The notes beneath the pieces are model-generated. The model saw nothing but the letters and a program-made list of their open reading frames with translations, made no database searches and was not told the origin of the DNA. From positions 1-64,000 of IMG/VR virus record IMGVR_UViG_3300034374_012521: 64,000 nt of DNA, one strand, 5' to 3'. How positions within the stretch are numbered: position 1 is the first letter of the stretch; every line of letters starts with the position of its first letter. Positions 35,963 through 45,696 of the stretch are shown piece by piece. The translations under genes were made by a program, and so were the position numbers. Source of the DNA: a virus.

Positions 35963-37582
35963 CTAGTTGGCGAACACATTGGTAATAGTGTCATTTTTCC
36001 TCCTGGAAATTATATAATCTTCAGTTGCAATATAATCAAGAGAATCGTCGAGTAGATGTTTAATGACCTGGTGTGGATAATTATTAATAGGTTCCCCATG
36101 AGCATTTAATGAAGTATTCAGAACAACCGGGATTCCAGAAATATTATGATATGCCGAGATCAATTTATGAAAGTGTGGGTTTCTTTCCTTGTTTACTATC
36201 TGTGGCCTTGCTGTACCGTCTTCTGCATGTACAACTGCTGGTATTCTACCGAGCCATTCTTCCCTTGTGTCGTAGCACAAAGTCATAAATTCAGCAGTGT
36301 GTTTTGATTTCTCAATATGGAAAACATCTTGGCTGAATTCTTCTAACACCGAAGGGGCAAAAGGCATAATCTCGGTTCTTCTGAGCTTTTCATTAAGCCT
36401 TCTGTGTGTATCTTTATCAGTTGGCTTTACAACTATACTTCTATTTCCTAATGCCCTTGGACCATATTCTGTTCTTCCCACGAATACTCCTACAACTGAT
36501 CCTTCATCTACGAGTTGTGCAACCCTTTCGTATGTCATAGGTTCGGTTTTCAGATTCCCCTGGTTTTCACTAATGATAGAATCCCATGCTTCCCTACTAT
36601 GGCTTTCTCCAAGGAAAGCATTCTCGAGTCTAAATGACTCCGTTATTTCTCCAAGATCGTTTGCAACTTTAATTGCTGCACCCAGAGCTAAACCACTGTC
36701 AGACATTGCTGGGTGAATGTAGATTTCATCAAAAAGACCCAAATCGTTAATAAACATATTCATCTTAACATTTGCAAAGAGTCCACCAGAAAAACATATT
36801 TTTCTGTATTCGGGGAACCTTCTACTAAGGTCTTCGAGGAAATCCCTCATAGTTTCATCTGTTACCTTCTGAAGGGCAAAAGCAAAATCCGCCCTCAACT
36901 GCTTATCAGTAAAAACACCACGGGGCTTGAGAATATGTTCGCAGATATAGTGGAACCTAGCTTCGTGATTTGCAGGGCGAAAGTTCAGATCTCCACCATA
37001 ATGTATACAGTCCTTTATCAGCTTGTAGATCATCTCGTCGTGTCTACCATGAGCAGCCAAGCCAACTATTTTACCCTCATCCTTAAGCATCTTCCATCCT
37101 AGGTGTGTACAAGAAGATGCCCAAAGTCCTGCTAAAGATGCAGTAGTTGGAATGTGTTGTGAATGCACCACCTCATAATCCCCATCCTCGCAAAGCAAAA
37201 TTTTTCCTCTACTCCTGTTGCCTTTGCCGTCGTGGGAAACACTAAGAACTTTGCCTTTCATCCCAGAGGTAAAGTATGATCCAAGGGTGTGAGATAAGTG
37301 GTGTGATACCTCAGTTGTTCTTCCCATAAAGAACCCAATGTTCTGTTTAACAATCTCCTTTTTATAAAATGAAGAGATTGCGAAATAATCCACATTCGAA
37401 AGATCAATACCGTGATCCCTCTTTACCACTTCAAGACAATTGGTTGGGGGGGCAAGTACATTATAACAGGATTTTATCCCAGTAAGCTTTTCTTCCTCAT
37501 AAATTCCAAGTATTTTACCATCTTTTAATACAGCAACAGAAGTGTCGTGCGAGCAAAAACCAATTCCTAAAATAATACTCAT
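35963..37582 (-). CDS. carbamoyltransferase (NodU/CmcH family)
   Basis: HDTS, EEEK, HHLSH, DGKG, EGKIVGLAAHG, EYGPRALGNRS, MPFAP, NTSLN.HGEP. Confidence 0.93.
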   Translation of the reverse strand: MSIILGIGFCSHDTSVAVLKDGKILGIYEEEKLTGIKSCYNVLAPPTNCLEVVKRDHGIDLSNVDYFAISSFYKKEIVKQNIGFFMGRTTEVSHHLSHTLGSYFTSGMKGKVLSVSHDGKGNRSRGKILLCEDGDYEVVHSQHIPTTASLAGLWASSCTHLGWKMLKDEGKIVGLAAHGRHDEMIYKLIKDCIHYGGDLNFRPANHEARFHYICEHILKPRGVFTDKQLRADFAFALQKVTDETMRDFLEDLSRRFPEYRKICFSGGLFANVKMNMFINDLGLFDEIYIHPAMSDSGLALGAAIKVANDLGEITESFRLENAFLGESHSREAWDSIISENQGNLKTEPMTYERVAQLVDEGSVVGVFVGRTEYGPRALGNRSIVVKPTDKDTHRRLNEKLRRTEIMPFAPSVLEEFSQDVFHIEKSKHTAEFMTLCYDTREEWLGRIPAVVHAEDGTARPQIVNKERNPHFHKLISAYHNISGIPVVLNTSLNAHGEPINNYPHQVIKHLLDDSLDYIATEDYIISRRKNDTITNVFAN

Positions 37583-38226
37583 ATCCCTAATATGTTGTCA
37601 AATAAATCCTCGTTGCTTAAGCCAAGCCAGTTCTGTGGGTGATGCCAACTTGCATAGTAGGAAGCGTGATTTTCAAAAATACCTCCAGATTCCCAAAAGT
37701 CCCACGTGTTGCTTTGGATGTCGTGTTTTCCAATGTCGTAGGATGCATAGATTCCATTAGCTTCACAATATCCAATAAAATCCTTTTGTGGTTCAATAAT
37801 CTGAACTCTCCCTGAATAGTTTTTCTGGAGCCTGTCGTGAAACCTCGAGGAAACCAAAATGTGGCTACCGGTTTTCTTACCAAAGCTTTCTGCTTTTAAA
37901 AGCCATCTATAATTTACATCATAAGAGGGGGAGTCAAAGCGTAGAAGGATCTTTTTATCTTGCTCGTTATATGTGTGTTGGTAAAGCAAAACTGGCTCAA
38001 AATTTTCTATCCCCCAGATATTTACTTTCCACTTGGTTCTAAATTTTCTTAGATATTTATACCACGTAAATGGCTTGAATTCATGGTTTGAATAGATGAT
38101 TCCCCATTCTCCACCTATATCCTCATAAAGTTCAACCAAGAAATTTTCGGAGTGAAGATCTCCTATTTCTATTTTAGGGCCATCGATAAAATCTACTGAG
38201 GCCTTTATCTTTTCAAAATCTGTCAT
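37579..38226 (-). CDS. hypothetical protein resembling the N-terminal part of autotransporter heptosyltransferase-like enzymes
   Basis: F.DGP..EI...W...R.F...W...KKILLRFDS pattern; weak. Confidence 0.45.
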   Translation of the reverse strand: MTDFEKIKASVDFIDGPKIEIGDLHSENFLVELYEDIGGEWGIIYSNHEFKPFTWYKYLRKFRTKWKVNIWGIENFEPVLLYQHTYNEQDKKILLRFDSPSYDVNYRWLLKAESFGKKTGSHILVSSRFHDRLQKNYSGRVQIIEPQKDFIGYCEANGIYASYDIGKHDIQSNTWDFWESGGIFENHASYYASWHHPQNWLGLSNEDLFDNILGI

Positions 38227-38279
38227 CTATTAATCTGTGAGATATTGATTATTTTAGACAATTTGCACGTATTGTTTCC

Positions 38280-38313
38280 AAAAAAAATCCCCAGGTTATT
38301 AACCCAGGGATTT
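38280..38313 (-). terminator. intrinsic terminator closing the Ro-like/ncRNA unit
   Basis: AAAUCCCUGGGUU/AACCUGGGGAUUU hairpin + U-run. Confidence 0.8.
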
Positions 38314-38320
38314 AAAATAA

Positions 38321-38504
38321 CAGGATCGCTATTAGTATTATTCGGCTCTGCAGCTATATCTCTCTTTACGCCAATGAGAAGTTGACGTCGTGATTTTAGT
38401 TTTGAACCAGGTCACTGATCTCCGGGTCTTGTTAGTGAGTAAGCTTGCGCTCCACTACAACTAACTCTGCATCTAGTATAGAATAGGTTTGCTGTACCGA
38501 TCCT
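38321..38504 (-). ncRNA. ~185-nt AGG-stem/UACAGCAA RNA (candidate Y-RNA-like)
   Basis: AGGATCG-GTACAGCAA...CGATCCTG; internal TGCAG/CTGCA stem, GCAA-capped hairpin and GGTTCAAAAC T-loop-like segment. Confidence 0.65.
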
Positions 38505-38508
38505 TTCA

Positions 38509-38571
38509 CAGGTTTCATTCTCTTTTAACTTTGTATCTAATTAAGTATAAAGGGTTTGCTGTAAGAAACCT
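38509..38571 (-). ncRNA. ~63-nt AGG-stem/UACAGCAA RNA
   Basis: AGGTTTC-TTACAGCAA...GAAACCTG; stem covaries with the other copies. Confidence 0.65.
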
Positions 38572-38578
38572 AATATTT

Positions 38579-38860
38579 TCAAAGAACTCTTTGCTCTCTT
38601 AAGCTTTTGAATATTTCGTCAATATGCTTTTGTTCAATAAATCTTTTACTATCCCAGATGGCATTAAACAACCTTACAATTTCTTGCTCAGTATAGGATT
38701 CTGGCTGAAAGGAGGCTGTTCCACCTTTTTTAACCATTTCAAGAAGAAGGTCTGAAATATATCCTTCCTGAACTACCGTTTTTGCTAACTCACCCCTTTC
38801 AGATTCGGAGCATGAATACCAATATTCTTCTGGGTCAATATTTATATCTGCCATCTTCAA
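38579..38860 (-). CDS. hypothetical protein coupled to the Ro-like gene
   Basis: Abuts the stop of 38861..40300. Confidence 0.6.
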   Translation of the reverse strand: MKMADINIDPEEYWYSCSESERGELAKTVVQEGYISDLLLEMVKKGGTASFQPESYTEQEIVRLFNAIWDSKRFIEQKHIDEIFKSLREQRVL

Positions 38861-40300
38861 TTAAATTATAATGTCTTTATACCTTTCAGAGAGGATAGTT
38901 TCGTTCATCACTTGGAGTGGTGAGATAATTTCACCCTTACAAATGCTTTTAAGAATTGCTGGTGAGAAACCACTTACCAAAGCTGTACCAGATTCAGTGA
39001 AAGAAACCGGCACGTTTCCACCTCGGGATTGAATATTCCAGTAGATGATGGAAGGCATTGTGTATCCTGCTTCAGCATACATCTCTCTGATCATTTCCTG
39101 TGCAGTAGGATTCCACTCTACAAGATCAGTTTTATTCCAATAAGACCTAGCCCTTGTCGCATTGTCGAATTCCATGTCGGAGAGGATCAAGATCTTCGTT
39201 GGCATTTCAGATGCAGGTACAGAATTTTTCACTGCCTGATCCAATATGTGTGAAAAGGTCTTTTGGAGATCTGTGTTCATACCCCAAGCAGCTCTAGATA
39301 ATTGCGAAAACCTCGACTTTAAATCACCCTTCAGTATTTGAATCTCTGGGTTAGCAGAGAAAGTTACAAAAGAGTCCTTAAACGCTCCCTCGTTTCTTTC
39401 AGAAATGTACATCCCTAAAGAGATTGCAACATCCAAGCAGTTAACATTAGAATTTCCACCAGCTGGTGTCACCATAGAACCTGAGGTGTCAACTACTGGA
39501 AGAATTCTTTCCTCGCTCCCCTCCGTGTAATCAGGAAGTGCTTTCCATTGCTCAGAGGCAAAGTCTGCATCTCCGTGTTTGAGAGTTTTGGTCACATCAT
39601 AAGGATAGACTGCAGCAGCATTTACTTTCTCCTCACCAGACCTTAGTTTCTCAAGATACAAATTATATCTCTCTGAATCATTTTTGTGAAATGCCTTGGT
39701 GTATCTTGCAGCTGCTACTGAAGGAAGCTTACCATATTCAATAGATTCCCAATCTTTAGCACACATAGCCTGCTCGACAACATTTGTGAGGCCGACCAGT
39801 GTCTTTCTATATTGCTTAGGCGTGAATCCTAAGAAATTTCTTAGCCTGTTTGCTACCGGACCCTTTCTAGGCATCCATTTAGCACAAAGCCCATTTTCGC
39901 TTTCGAGACCACTCTTTATTAGATCTAATGCAGGTGCTTCGAGCTTGGTGCCAATTAAAGTAAGCAAATCGTCCCACCTTCCATATTCTGGGATGAGATG
40001 TAGGTTTTTTCCTAGTATCTCTGGGTTGTCGCTTGCTAAATATGTAATAATATCCTTGAAGATCTGTCTTTCTCCTGCTCCGCCTCTGATGTCTCTTACC
40101 CAAAAAAGAATTCTCATGGCTGTAAGTGGATCCTCGTGAAACGCAAGTGAGAAGTTTGCAATAAGTCTTTGCTTATCCTGCCCTCTCATAGCACCAATCA
40201 TGAAGAATAAATCTACACAAGCATTCAAAGAAGATGAATTGGTTGTCATCCCATTTTCTGTGGTGGTGTTCTTGGTTCTAAGTGCGTCTACAAGTTTCAT
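38861..40300 (-). CDS. Ro60-like TROVE/vWA protein (DUF2828-type)
   Basis: TENG, RDIRGGAGER, YGRWDDL, AKWMPR helical region followed by vWA MIDAS DTSGSM, NTD, ILSDMEFD, YWN, SGFSP. Confidence 0.85.
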   Translation of the reverse strand: MKLVDALRTKNTTTENGMTTNSSSLNACVDLFFMIGAMRGQDKQRLIANFSLAFHEDPLTAMRILFWVRDIRGGAGERQIFKDIITYLASDNPEILGKNLHLIPEYGRWDDLLTLIGTKLEAPALDLIKSGLESENGLCAKWMPRKGPVANRLRNFLGFTPKQYRKTLVGLTNVVEQAMCAKDWESIEYGKLPSVAAARYTKAFHKNDSERYNLYLEKLRSGEEKVNAAAVYPYDVTKTLKHGDADFASEQWKALPDYTEGSEERILPVVDTSGSMVTPAGGNSNVNCLDVAISLGMYISERNEGAFKDSFVTFSANPEIQILKGDLKSRFSQLSRAAWGMNTDLQKTFSHILDQAVKNSVPASEMPTKILILSDMEFDNATRARSYWNKTDLVEWNPTAQEMIREMYAEAGYTMPSIIYWNIQSRGGNVPVSFTESGTALVSGFSPAILKSICKGEIISPLQVMNETILSERYKDIII

Positions 40301-40413
40301 ATTACCGATTTTGGACTTTATATACCTCTAAATGTTAGTTGTTTCTTATTTTTTGTAATGACAGCGCAAGATTAATTGGATATCCCGAGCTAAAAAAATA
40401 TTTCCGAAAAATT

Positions 40414-41856
40414 CTAAAACCTTTTCAGTACATAAAGCTTTTTACTTGCTCTAGTGTAAGCTGTATACTTGATTCTGTTTCTTTCTATGACATCCCAATT
40501 CATCTCAATATCATCCTCCATTACAAAGGATGTTTCGTAGGTACTACCCTGGGACTTGTGTGCGGTTATACAATAAGCATAGGAAACATCAGCGAATTCT
40601 CTGAGAAAATCATAGTAAGCAAGCCATGACTTGTCCTTTCCTTTCTTCTGGATTGCTATATTCTTAAGAATGTTTGCTACTCTTTTAAAATCATATTCAC
40701 TATCCTCGTGCAGAATCTCAATTGTGTCTTCATGTCTTGAATTGTTGTCATCCAAAAACCAAACACGAGTTTCATAGTATTTAAGATCCACCTCCAAATC
40801 TTCAACCTTAGCTTTCTGAGTTTTAATTTCAAATGAATCAACAGTGAATTCATCGTTGGTGTTGAAAACCACCATTCCATTCACAATATAGGGGCTATTG
40901 ATAATCAGTTTTTCTCCAACCAATATCTTTTCTCCTATTTGCTCCTCCCCGTAGATCACTCTTCTAACTAAGGTGTTCATGGTTGACACCGTTTTATTCC
41001 TCCAAGCTATTACCTTAGCATATTCGGAGTCTTCCTCGAAGCTTTTGGTTTTGAAATACTTTTCCATGTAAGAGGAAATGTTTTTCCTTACCCCAGGATC
41101 TCCAAGATTTAGAAATTCAATACCTTCCCCCGATTTATTAGTTATGGTCTGTGGTAGAATACCAGAATCTGGCTCGTTAATATTTTCACGGATCTTTACA
41201 GAAGAACTAATAATCGGGTTGTCAAGCTTTTGTCTCATGATGGTCTTCAGATCCAAAGTCTTAATTTCATATTCCTCTGCAAGCTCTTCTCTAAAAGGTA
41301 TACAATCTGGTTTCCCAACAGGTGGGATCTGTGCAGGATCACCCATGCATATTACCTTTATATTTTCCCTGTGCTTAATTATTTTTTCAAAGAGATCATC
41401 ATTCAACATGGAGACCTCATCGATTATTAGAAGCTTAATTTTCGATATCTTCGGCTGAAATCCAGGATCCTTGACAAACTCCTGCTTCCCGTCAAGTGTT
41501 ATCTTCTCCTTTAATCCAAGTAGCTTGTGAATGGTTTGGAAAGAGACCCGAGTGTCGTGTATATCAGACGATCTACGAATGACCCTGACTGATTTATTAG
41601 TTGGACCAGTAACGGCAATTCTATACCACCCCTTATCCCGATAAAGCTCCGTTAAAAGGTAGTTCACTAAAAGACTTACGCAAAATGTTTTACCAGTCCC
41701 AGCCCAACCTCTAAGCACATAGATGGATCTGTCAGTTGGGTTCCTAACATAATTTACAAGCTTCCCAAATGCCAGCCTTTGGTCGCCATTTAATATCGAG
41801 GTATCTACTGTTTTTGTTTTAGTGCCCAAACTTTCAAATTTATTATGGGAGGTCAA
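40414..41856 (-). CDS. Dda/RecD-like SF1 DNA helicase
   Basis: GWAGTGKT, PTNK, IIDEVSM, GDPAQIPPV, RQ, YCITAHKSQGSTY, YTAYTRA. Confidence 0.92.
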   Translation of the reverse strand: MTSHNKFESLGTKTKTVDTSILNGDQRLAFGKLVNYVRNPTDRSIYVLRGWAGTGKTFCVSLLVNYLLTELYRDKGWYRIAVTGPTNKSVRVIRRSSDIHDTRVSFQTIHKLLGLKEKITLDGKQEFVKDPGFQPKISKIKLLIIDEVSMLNDDLFEKIIKHRENIKVICMGDPAQIPPVGKPDCIPFREELAEEYEIKTLDLKTIMRQKLDNPIISSSVKIRENINEPDSGILPQTITNKSGEGIEFLNLGDPGVRKNISSYMEKYFKTKSFEEDSEYAKVIAWRNKTVSTMNTLVRRVIYGEEQIGEKILVGEKLIINSPYIVNGMVVFNTNDEFTVDSFEIKTQKAKVEDLEVDLKYYETRVWFLDDNNSRHEDTIEILHEDSEYDFKRVANILKNIAIQKKGKDKSWLAYYDFLREFADVSYAYCITAHKSQGSTYETSFVMEDDIEMNWDVIERNRIKYTAYTRASKKLYVLKRF

Positions 41857-41883
41857 TTAAAAATACCTTACAGAATTTCTCAC

Positions 41884-42186
41884 CTACCATTTTGATTCTC
41901 CGTTTTTACAAACCATTTCATCTACTACTGTTTCTTTACGACTATCCCTTGGTATTTCTGGACAGAGTACATTTCTCACAAAGTCTTGTGCCTCTTTAAG
42001 AGTCTTAAAAGTAGTTCTCACTTTATAACAGTCACCATATCCGCAAGTCTCATGCTTTATATCTTTCCAATAGGACCACCATAAGAACTTTTTCCATTCT
42101 TGGATGTAGTAATACTCATTGGAGAGATTTCCCTTCTCGTCAAAGTATTCGTAGTGTTTGATTAAGAAATTGGCTTGTGCTTTCAT
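41884..42186 (-). CDS. hypothetical protein
   Basis: 100-aa ORF. Confidence 0.55.
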   Translation of the reverse strand: MKAQANFLIKHYEYFDEKGNLSNEYYYIQEWKKFLWWSYWKDIKHETCGYGDCYKVRTTFKTLKEAQDFVRNVLCPEIPRDSRKETVVDEMVCKNGESKW

Positions 42187-42188
42187 AT

Positions 42189-42683
42189 TTAACTAAAATC
42201 AGTTGAACTACACACTCTTAGGCCATCAATCTCACGATCATAATATCTAGGATCGTTAAACAGGGAACTCCTTTCGTTGTTTTTATAATATTCAGCATCA
42301 ACAGTCAAACCATTAGGCCCTCCCCACTCAAATGCCATATCTAAGAATGCTTGAGGTTCCTCCTCTGCACCGTACTCATCAACTACCCGACCACTCTTGA
42401 CAAAATCGATTAATTGTTGCTTATTGGAATAATACTTATTGTCGTGGAAGTTCCAGCAGAATTTCCACCCCATACTACGTTTTCCAAGGTGAATATTAGA
42501 TCCTTCGATAAACTCATCCCATGGGTTCATTGGACTCCACTCGTCTTCTGGGTCGTCAATGTACCTAAACCTGTCAGCTATAAGATCTGGTGTCATCTTG
42601 AGACCGATAAGCCTTGTCCGGAGTCTGTCCCTGCGCTCCTCCATTTCTGATTCAGTCGGAATTCTATAATAGTTTGTTCCCAT
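42189..42683 (-). CDS. hypothetical phage protein
   Basis: MGTNYY...HLGKRSMGWKF...DEYG pattern. Confidence 0.65.
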   Translation of the reverse strand: MGTNYYRIPTESEMEERRDRLRTRLIGLKMTPDLIADRFRYIDDPEDEWSPMNPWDEFIEGSNIHLGKRSMGWKFCWNFHDNKYYSNKQQLIDFVKSGRVVDEYGAEEEPQAFLDMAFEWGGPNGLTVDAEYYKNNERSSLFNDPRYYDREIDGLRVCSSTDFS

Positions 42684-42714
42684 ATTTTACCTTACTGTTC
42701 TATTTCGATGCTTA

Positions 42715-43476
42715 TCAAATCTCGAATATATTTTTATCTGGATCTTTATCTTCGTTTTTTTCTGGGTGTTTCCAAATAGCAGCGTGTTGGCTACTCTTTT
42801 CATCATCCGGTCTGTCTTTAGTAAAATAATAAAGAGCAAGAGAAATTCTTGATTCCTCCGATGGACAAGCTAATGGCTCTGGGTGTCCATGGAAAGCGTC
42901 ATCTGTTATGTTGAAAATAACAGCCCTGTTAAAAACTGGAGGAATTGATTTTACACAATTTTTCAAGTCCTTATCCCAAAGCTCGAGGTTGCCGCCCCAA
43001 GATTTATCCCAATTTTCATTTAGATAGAGGAGTAAATTTATTCTCCTGTGTAATCCAGTATCTGGATGGATGTTATAATCAGCGTGAATGGAAAGTTTTC
43101 CTTCACGCATTATTTTGTGAACCCCACCACCGATGAAATTAGGATCTGGGATTAAGCCTTTTATGCCAGTTAGATCCTCTAGGAACCTCAGGGTCGTATC
43201 AGAGTTAAGAAAGCTTAGGATTTCATAAGTTGCTGGGGCATATAATTTTATATCCTGGATATTATCCTCACACCAAGGGGTAAAAAACTTATTAACCTGA
43301 TTTCCCTCAGAATACTTTGAGGGATCATAGCCCCAATATTGATATTTTCCCATCTCATTAGCAGATTGCCTTAACTTCACCCCATCAACAACAAAATTGT
43401 CGATAACTGTGTGTGGAAAGGGATAAGCTATTGAATACCCAAAACTAATACTTTGGGTCAATTGGGAATCTATCAT
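42715..43476 (-). CDS. 2OG-Fe(II) oxygenase
   Basis: PFPH.VIDNF, GGG.H, HAD, NLLLYLN..W...GG.LELW, HGHP, R.SLA. Confidence 0.9.
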   Translation of the reverse strand: MIDSQLTQSISFGYSIAYPFPHTVIDNFVVDGVKLRQSANEMGKYQYWGYDPSKYSEGNQVNKFFTPWCEDNIQDIKLYAPATYEILSFLNSDTTLRFLEDLTGIKGLIPDPNFIGGGVHKIMREGKLSIHADYNIHPDTGLHRRINLLLYLNENWDKSWGGNLELWDKDLKNCVKSIPPVFNRAVIFNITDDAFHGHPEPLACPSEESRISLALYYFTKDRPDDEKSSQHAAIWKHPEKNEDKDPDKNIFEI

Positions 43477-44147
43477 TTATTTTTTGGTTTGTTCTTAATC
43501 ACATCATCTATGATTCCATATTTAACAGCTTCTTTAGCATCCATCCAAAAATCCCTACTTGCGTCTTCAGCAACTTGCTTTGGGTCCTTGTCGCAATAAT
43601 CACCTAGCAATTCGAATAGAATCTTATTATATTTCTCCCATTCTTCAAAATCAATCTTCGCATCCTGGATGTTACCACTAAAGCCGCCAGAGGATTGATG
43701 GAGCATTACTTTGGAGAACCTCAAAGAATATCTTTTACCTTTTGTGCCAGCACCAAGAAGAATAGATCCCATTGAAGCAGCCATACCGGTATTAACAGTA
43801 ATAATATCAGATTTGATGTAATCCATAACATCTACCATAGAAAGTCCAGATTTAACAGACCCTCCAGGTGAATCGATGTGCATAGTAATGTCCTTACTGT
43901 CTATGGAATCTAAAAACATTAGTTGTGCTTGGACTATTGTTGACATTTTATCATTAACTGGACCGGCAACCCAAAGAAGCCTATCCATCATTAATCTTGA
44001 GAAAATATCCATTTGGGTAGCCCTCAGTTCCCTCTCTTCTAAAATGTATGGGGTTAAAGAACCCTCGACAAATCTCGAATAATTGTGTACATCGAGTGAA
44101 CCAATGTTATGTTCACTCATCGCATATTTTTCAAATTCTTTTCTCAT
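43473..44147 (-). CDS. clpP: ATP-dependent Clp protease proteolytic subunit
   Basis: DIFSRLMMDR, IDSPGGSV, GMAASMG, MLHQ, RDFWM.A.EA..YG.ID. Confidence 0.96.
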   Translation of the reverse strand: MRKEFEKYAMSEHNIGSLDVHNYSRFVEGSLTPYILEERELRATQMDIFSRLMMDRLLWVAGPVNDKMSTIVQAQLMFLDSIDSKDITMHIDSPGGSVKSGLSMVDVMDYIKSDIITVNTGMAASMGSILLGAGTKGKRYSLRFSKVMLHQSSGGFSGNIQDAKIDFEEWEKYNKILFELLGDYCDKDPKQVAEDASRDFWMDAKEAVKYGIIDDVIKNKPKNK

Positions 44148-44722
44148 ATTTCTTTTTTAAGCTTTCCTGTTGTTTGACTGTGAGGGATAAACTCCCAAAG
44201 ATTTATTGCTATTGCTTTACGTGTTCCCGCAGTTACCTGAGACACCCCATGTGGAACTGTACCAGCATCAAATATTACAAGTCTATTTGATTTCGCATAA
44301 ATCCTTTCCGGTTCTTTATCAAGACCCTCTGAAAAGATTTCCAACATTCCACCGTCAAATTCTTGCTGTGGTGGATAATACACTGTTCCAATTTGGGCAA
44401 ATTGGATTTCTCTAGTCTCTGAGAACAGCTCTTCATCTTTATCAAAGTGAACATCTAGTTTGTCTTGATAATTATTCTCTGGATCTGCTGAAAGAATACC
44501 AGTCCAATACTCAAAACCAGCAACATTGAATACTTTACTAATTGGACAGCTATCGCCCCAGATGTATTTTATCAGTCTTTTTTTTAGTGTATCTGGCGGA
44601 GAACTCCACCATCCTTCCCAAAAGAAATAATTTTCACCCGCATCTTTGAAGAAATCCTTGTCTGATGCAATTTCTGCCAATAGATCCTCGTCCTTAATAT
44701 AGTTGTCAATAACTACTATCAC
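44144..44722 (-). CDS. 2OG-Fe(II) oxygenase
   Basis: EYW, HFDKDE, VYYP, GG.L, NRLVIFD, PH.V, R.AIAINLW. Confidence 0.82.
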   Translation of the reverse strand: MIVVIDNYIKDEDLLAEIASDKDFFKDAGENYFFWEGWWSSPPDTLKKRLIKYIWGDSCPISKVFNVAGFEYWTGILSADPENNYQDKLDVHFDKDEELFSETREIQFAQIGTVYYPPQQEFDGGMLEIFSEGLDKEPERIYAKSNRLVIFDAGTVPHGVSQVTAGTRKAIAINLWEFIPHSQTTGKLKKEI

Positions 44723-44989
44723 TTAATATTCTAGTTTGAAAGGCTCTTTTATCCCGGTTTCCCTGTTGATAAAATAGCGATCGTTTCCGCTATTAATATT
44801 ACCCTGTAAGTGATAAATTATTTCCCTTGCTGCCTTTAATTCTTCTAAAACATCAAGGATATTTACCTTATGATTTTTGGATATTGTTAAATCCTCAATA
44901 TCACCAATAGCTGAATTTACCTTTGCCCCTGCTTCTTGGAGCATATATTTTACGTTTTCCATTTTATACAGTTTTGGATTATACCTCAA
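44723..44989 (-). CDS. hypothetical protein
   Basis: 88-aa ORF (start may be internal). Confidence 0.5.
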   Translation of the reverse strand: MRYNPKLYKMENVKYMLQEAGAKVNSAIGDIEDLTISKNHKVNILDVLEELKAAREIIYHLQGNINSGNDRYFINRETGIKEPFKLEY

Positions 44990-45019
44990 AACTACCAGGA
45001 AGTAACGAAGAAAAAAAAT

Positions 45020-45343
45020 TTAAATGAGGGAATTGTTAACAGATCTGTGAGCTACCCCGCCCACACCAGCAATTCCGCTATATAAAGAATACACATTCTT
45101 TATTGTGCTATCCCACGGAAATTGGGATTCAGAGAGTCTGAGCATGGGCTTTACAGATACAAGATGATTTTCACCCATTACATCAGAGAACTTACACCTC
45201 AGTGTGCATTTGCCGTGTACTGGACAAACACAATGTATGTAAACAACACCATCCCCAGATGGCTTTTGAAAAAAATCGGAGAAGTGGGTATCAAAACCCT
45301 CCTTCTCCTTTAAATATGATTGTAATTCTTCTAAGAACTTCAT
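45020..45343 (-). CDS. hypothetical Cys/His-rich protein
   Basis: HCVCPVHGKC. Confidence 0.5.
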   Translation of the reverse strand: MKFLEELQSYLKEKEGFDTHFSDFFQKPSGDGVVYIHCVCPVHGKCTLRCKFSDVMGENHLVSVKPMLRLSESQFPWDSTIKNVYSLYSGIAGVGGVAHRSVNNSLI

Positions 45344-45348
45344 TAGGA

Positions 45349-45651
45349 TTAAACCATATATTCATTGACCCATTCTTGGACCTTAGCCTGTGGCATTGCC
45401 CCAGTTTTCATAGAAACCTCTTTTCCGTCTTTGAAAATAGTCATAGTTGGGATGCTCCTGATTCCTCTTTCAGCAGTAATCTCTCTGGATTCATCAACAT
45501 TTACCTTGACAACTTTAAGGTTTGGGTTTGCCTCGTCAATCCTTTCCAAAACTGGACCTAACATTTTACAGGGTCCGCACCAAGGTGCCCAAAAATCAAC
45601 TAGGATGTTTCCTCCTGCTTCAAGCTCCTGATTAAATTCTTCTATCGTCAT
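45349..45651 (-). CDS. trxA: thioredoxin
   Basis: DFWAPWCGPCK, SIPT. Confidence 0.95.
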   Translation of the reverse strand: MTIEEFNQELEAGGNILVDFWAPWCGPCKMLGPVLERIDEANPNLKVVKVNVDESREITAERGIRSIPTMTIFKDGKEVSMKTGAMPQAKVQEWVNEYMV

Positions 45652-45696
45652 AATTTATATTTATTACTTATAGTTGTTCTTTGTTGGATTATTCCA

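Noticed and set aside
33330-38571. UACAGCAA elements as a CRISPR array
   Set aside because: Only an 8-nt core is identical, the stems covary, spacing is irregular and there are no cas genes
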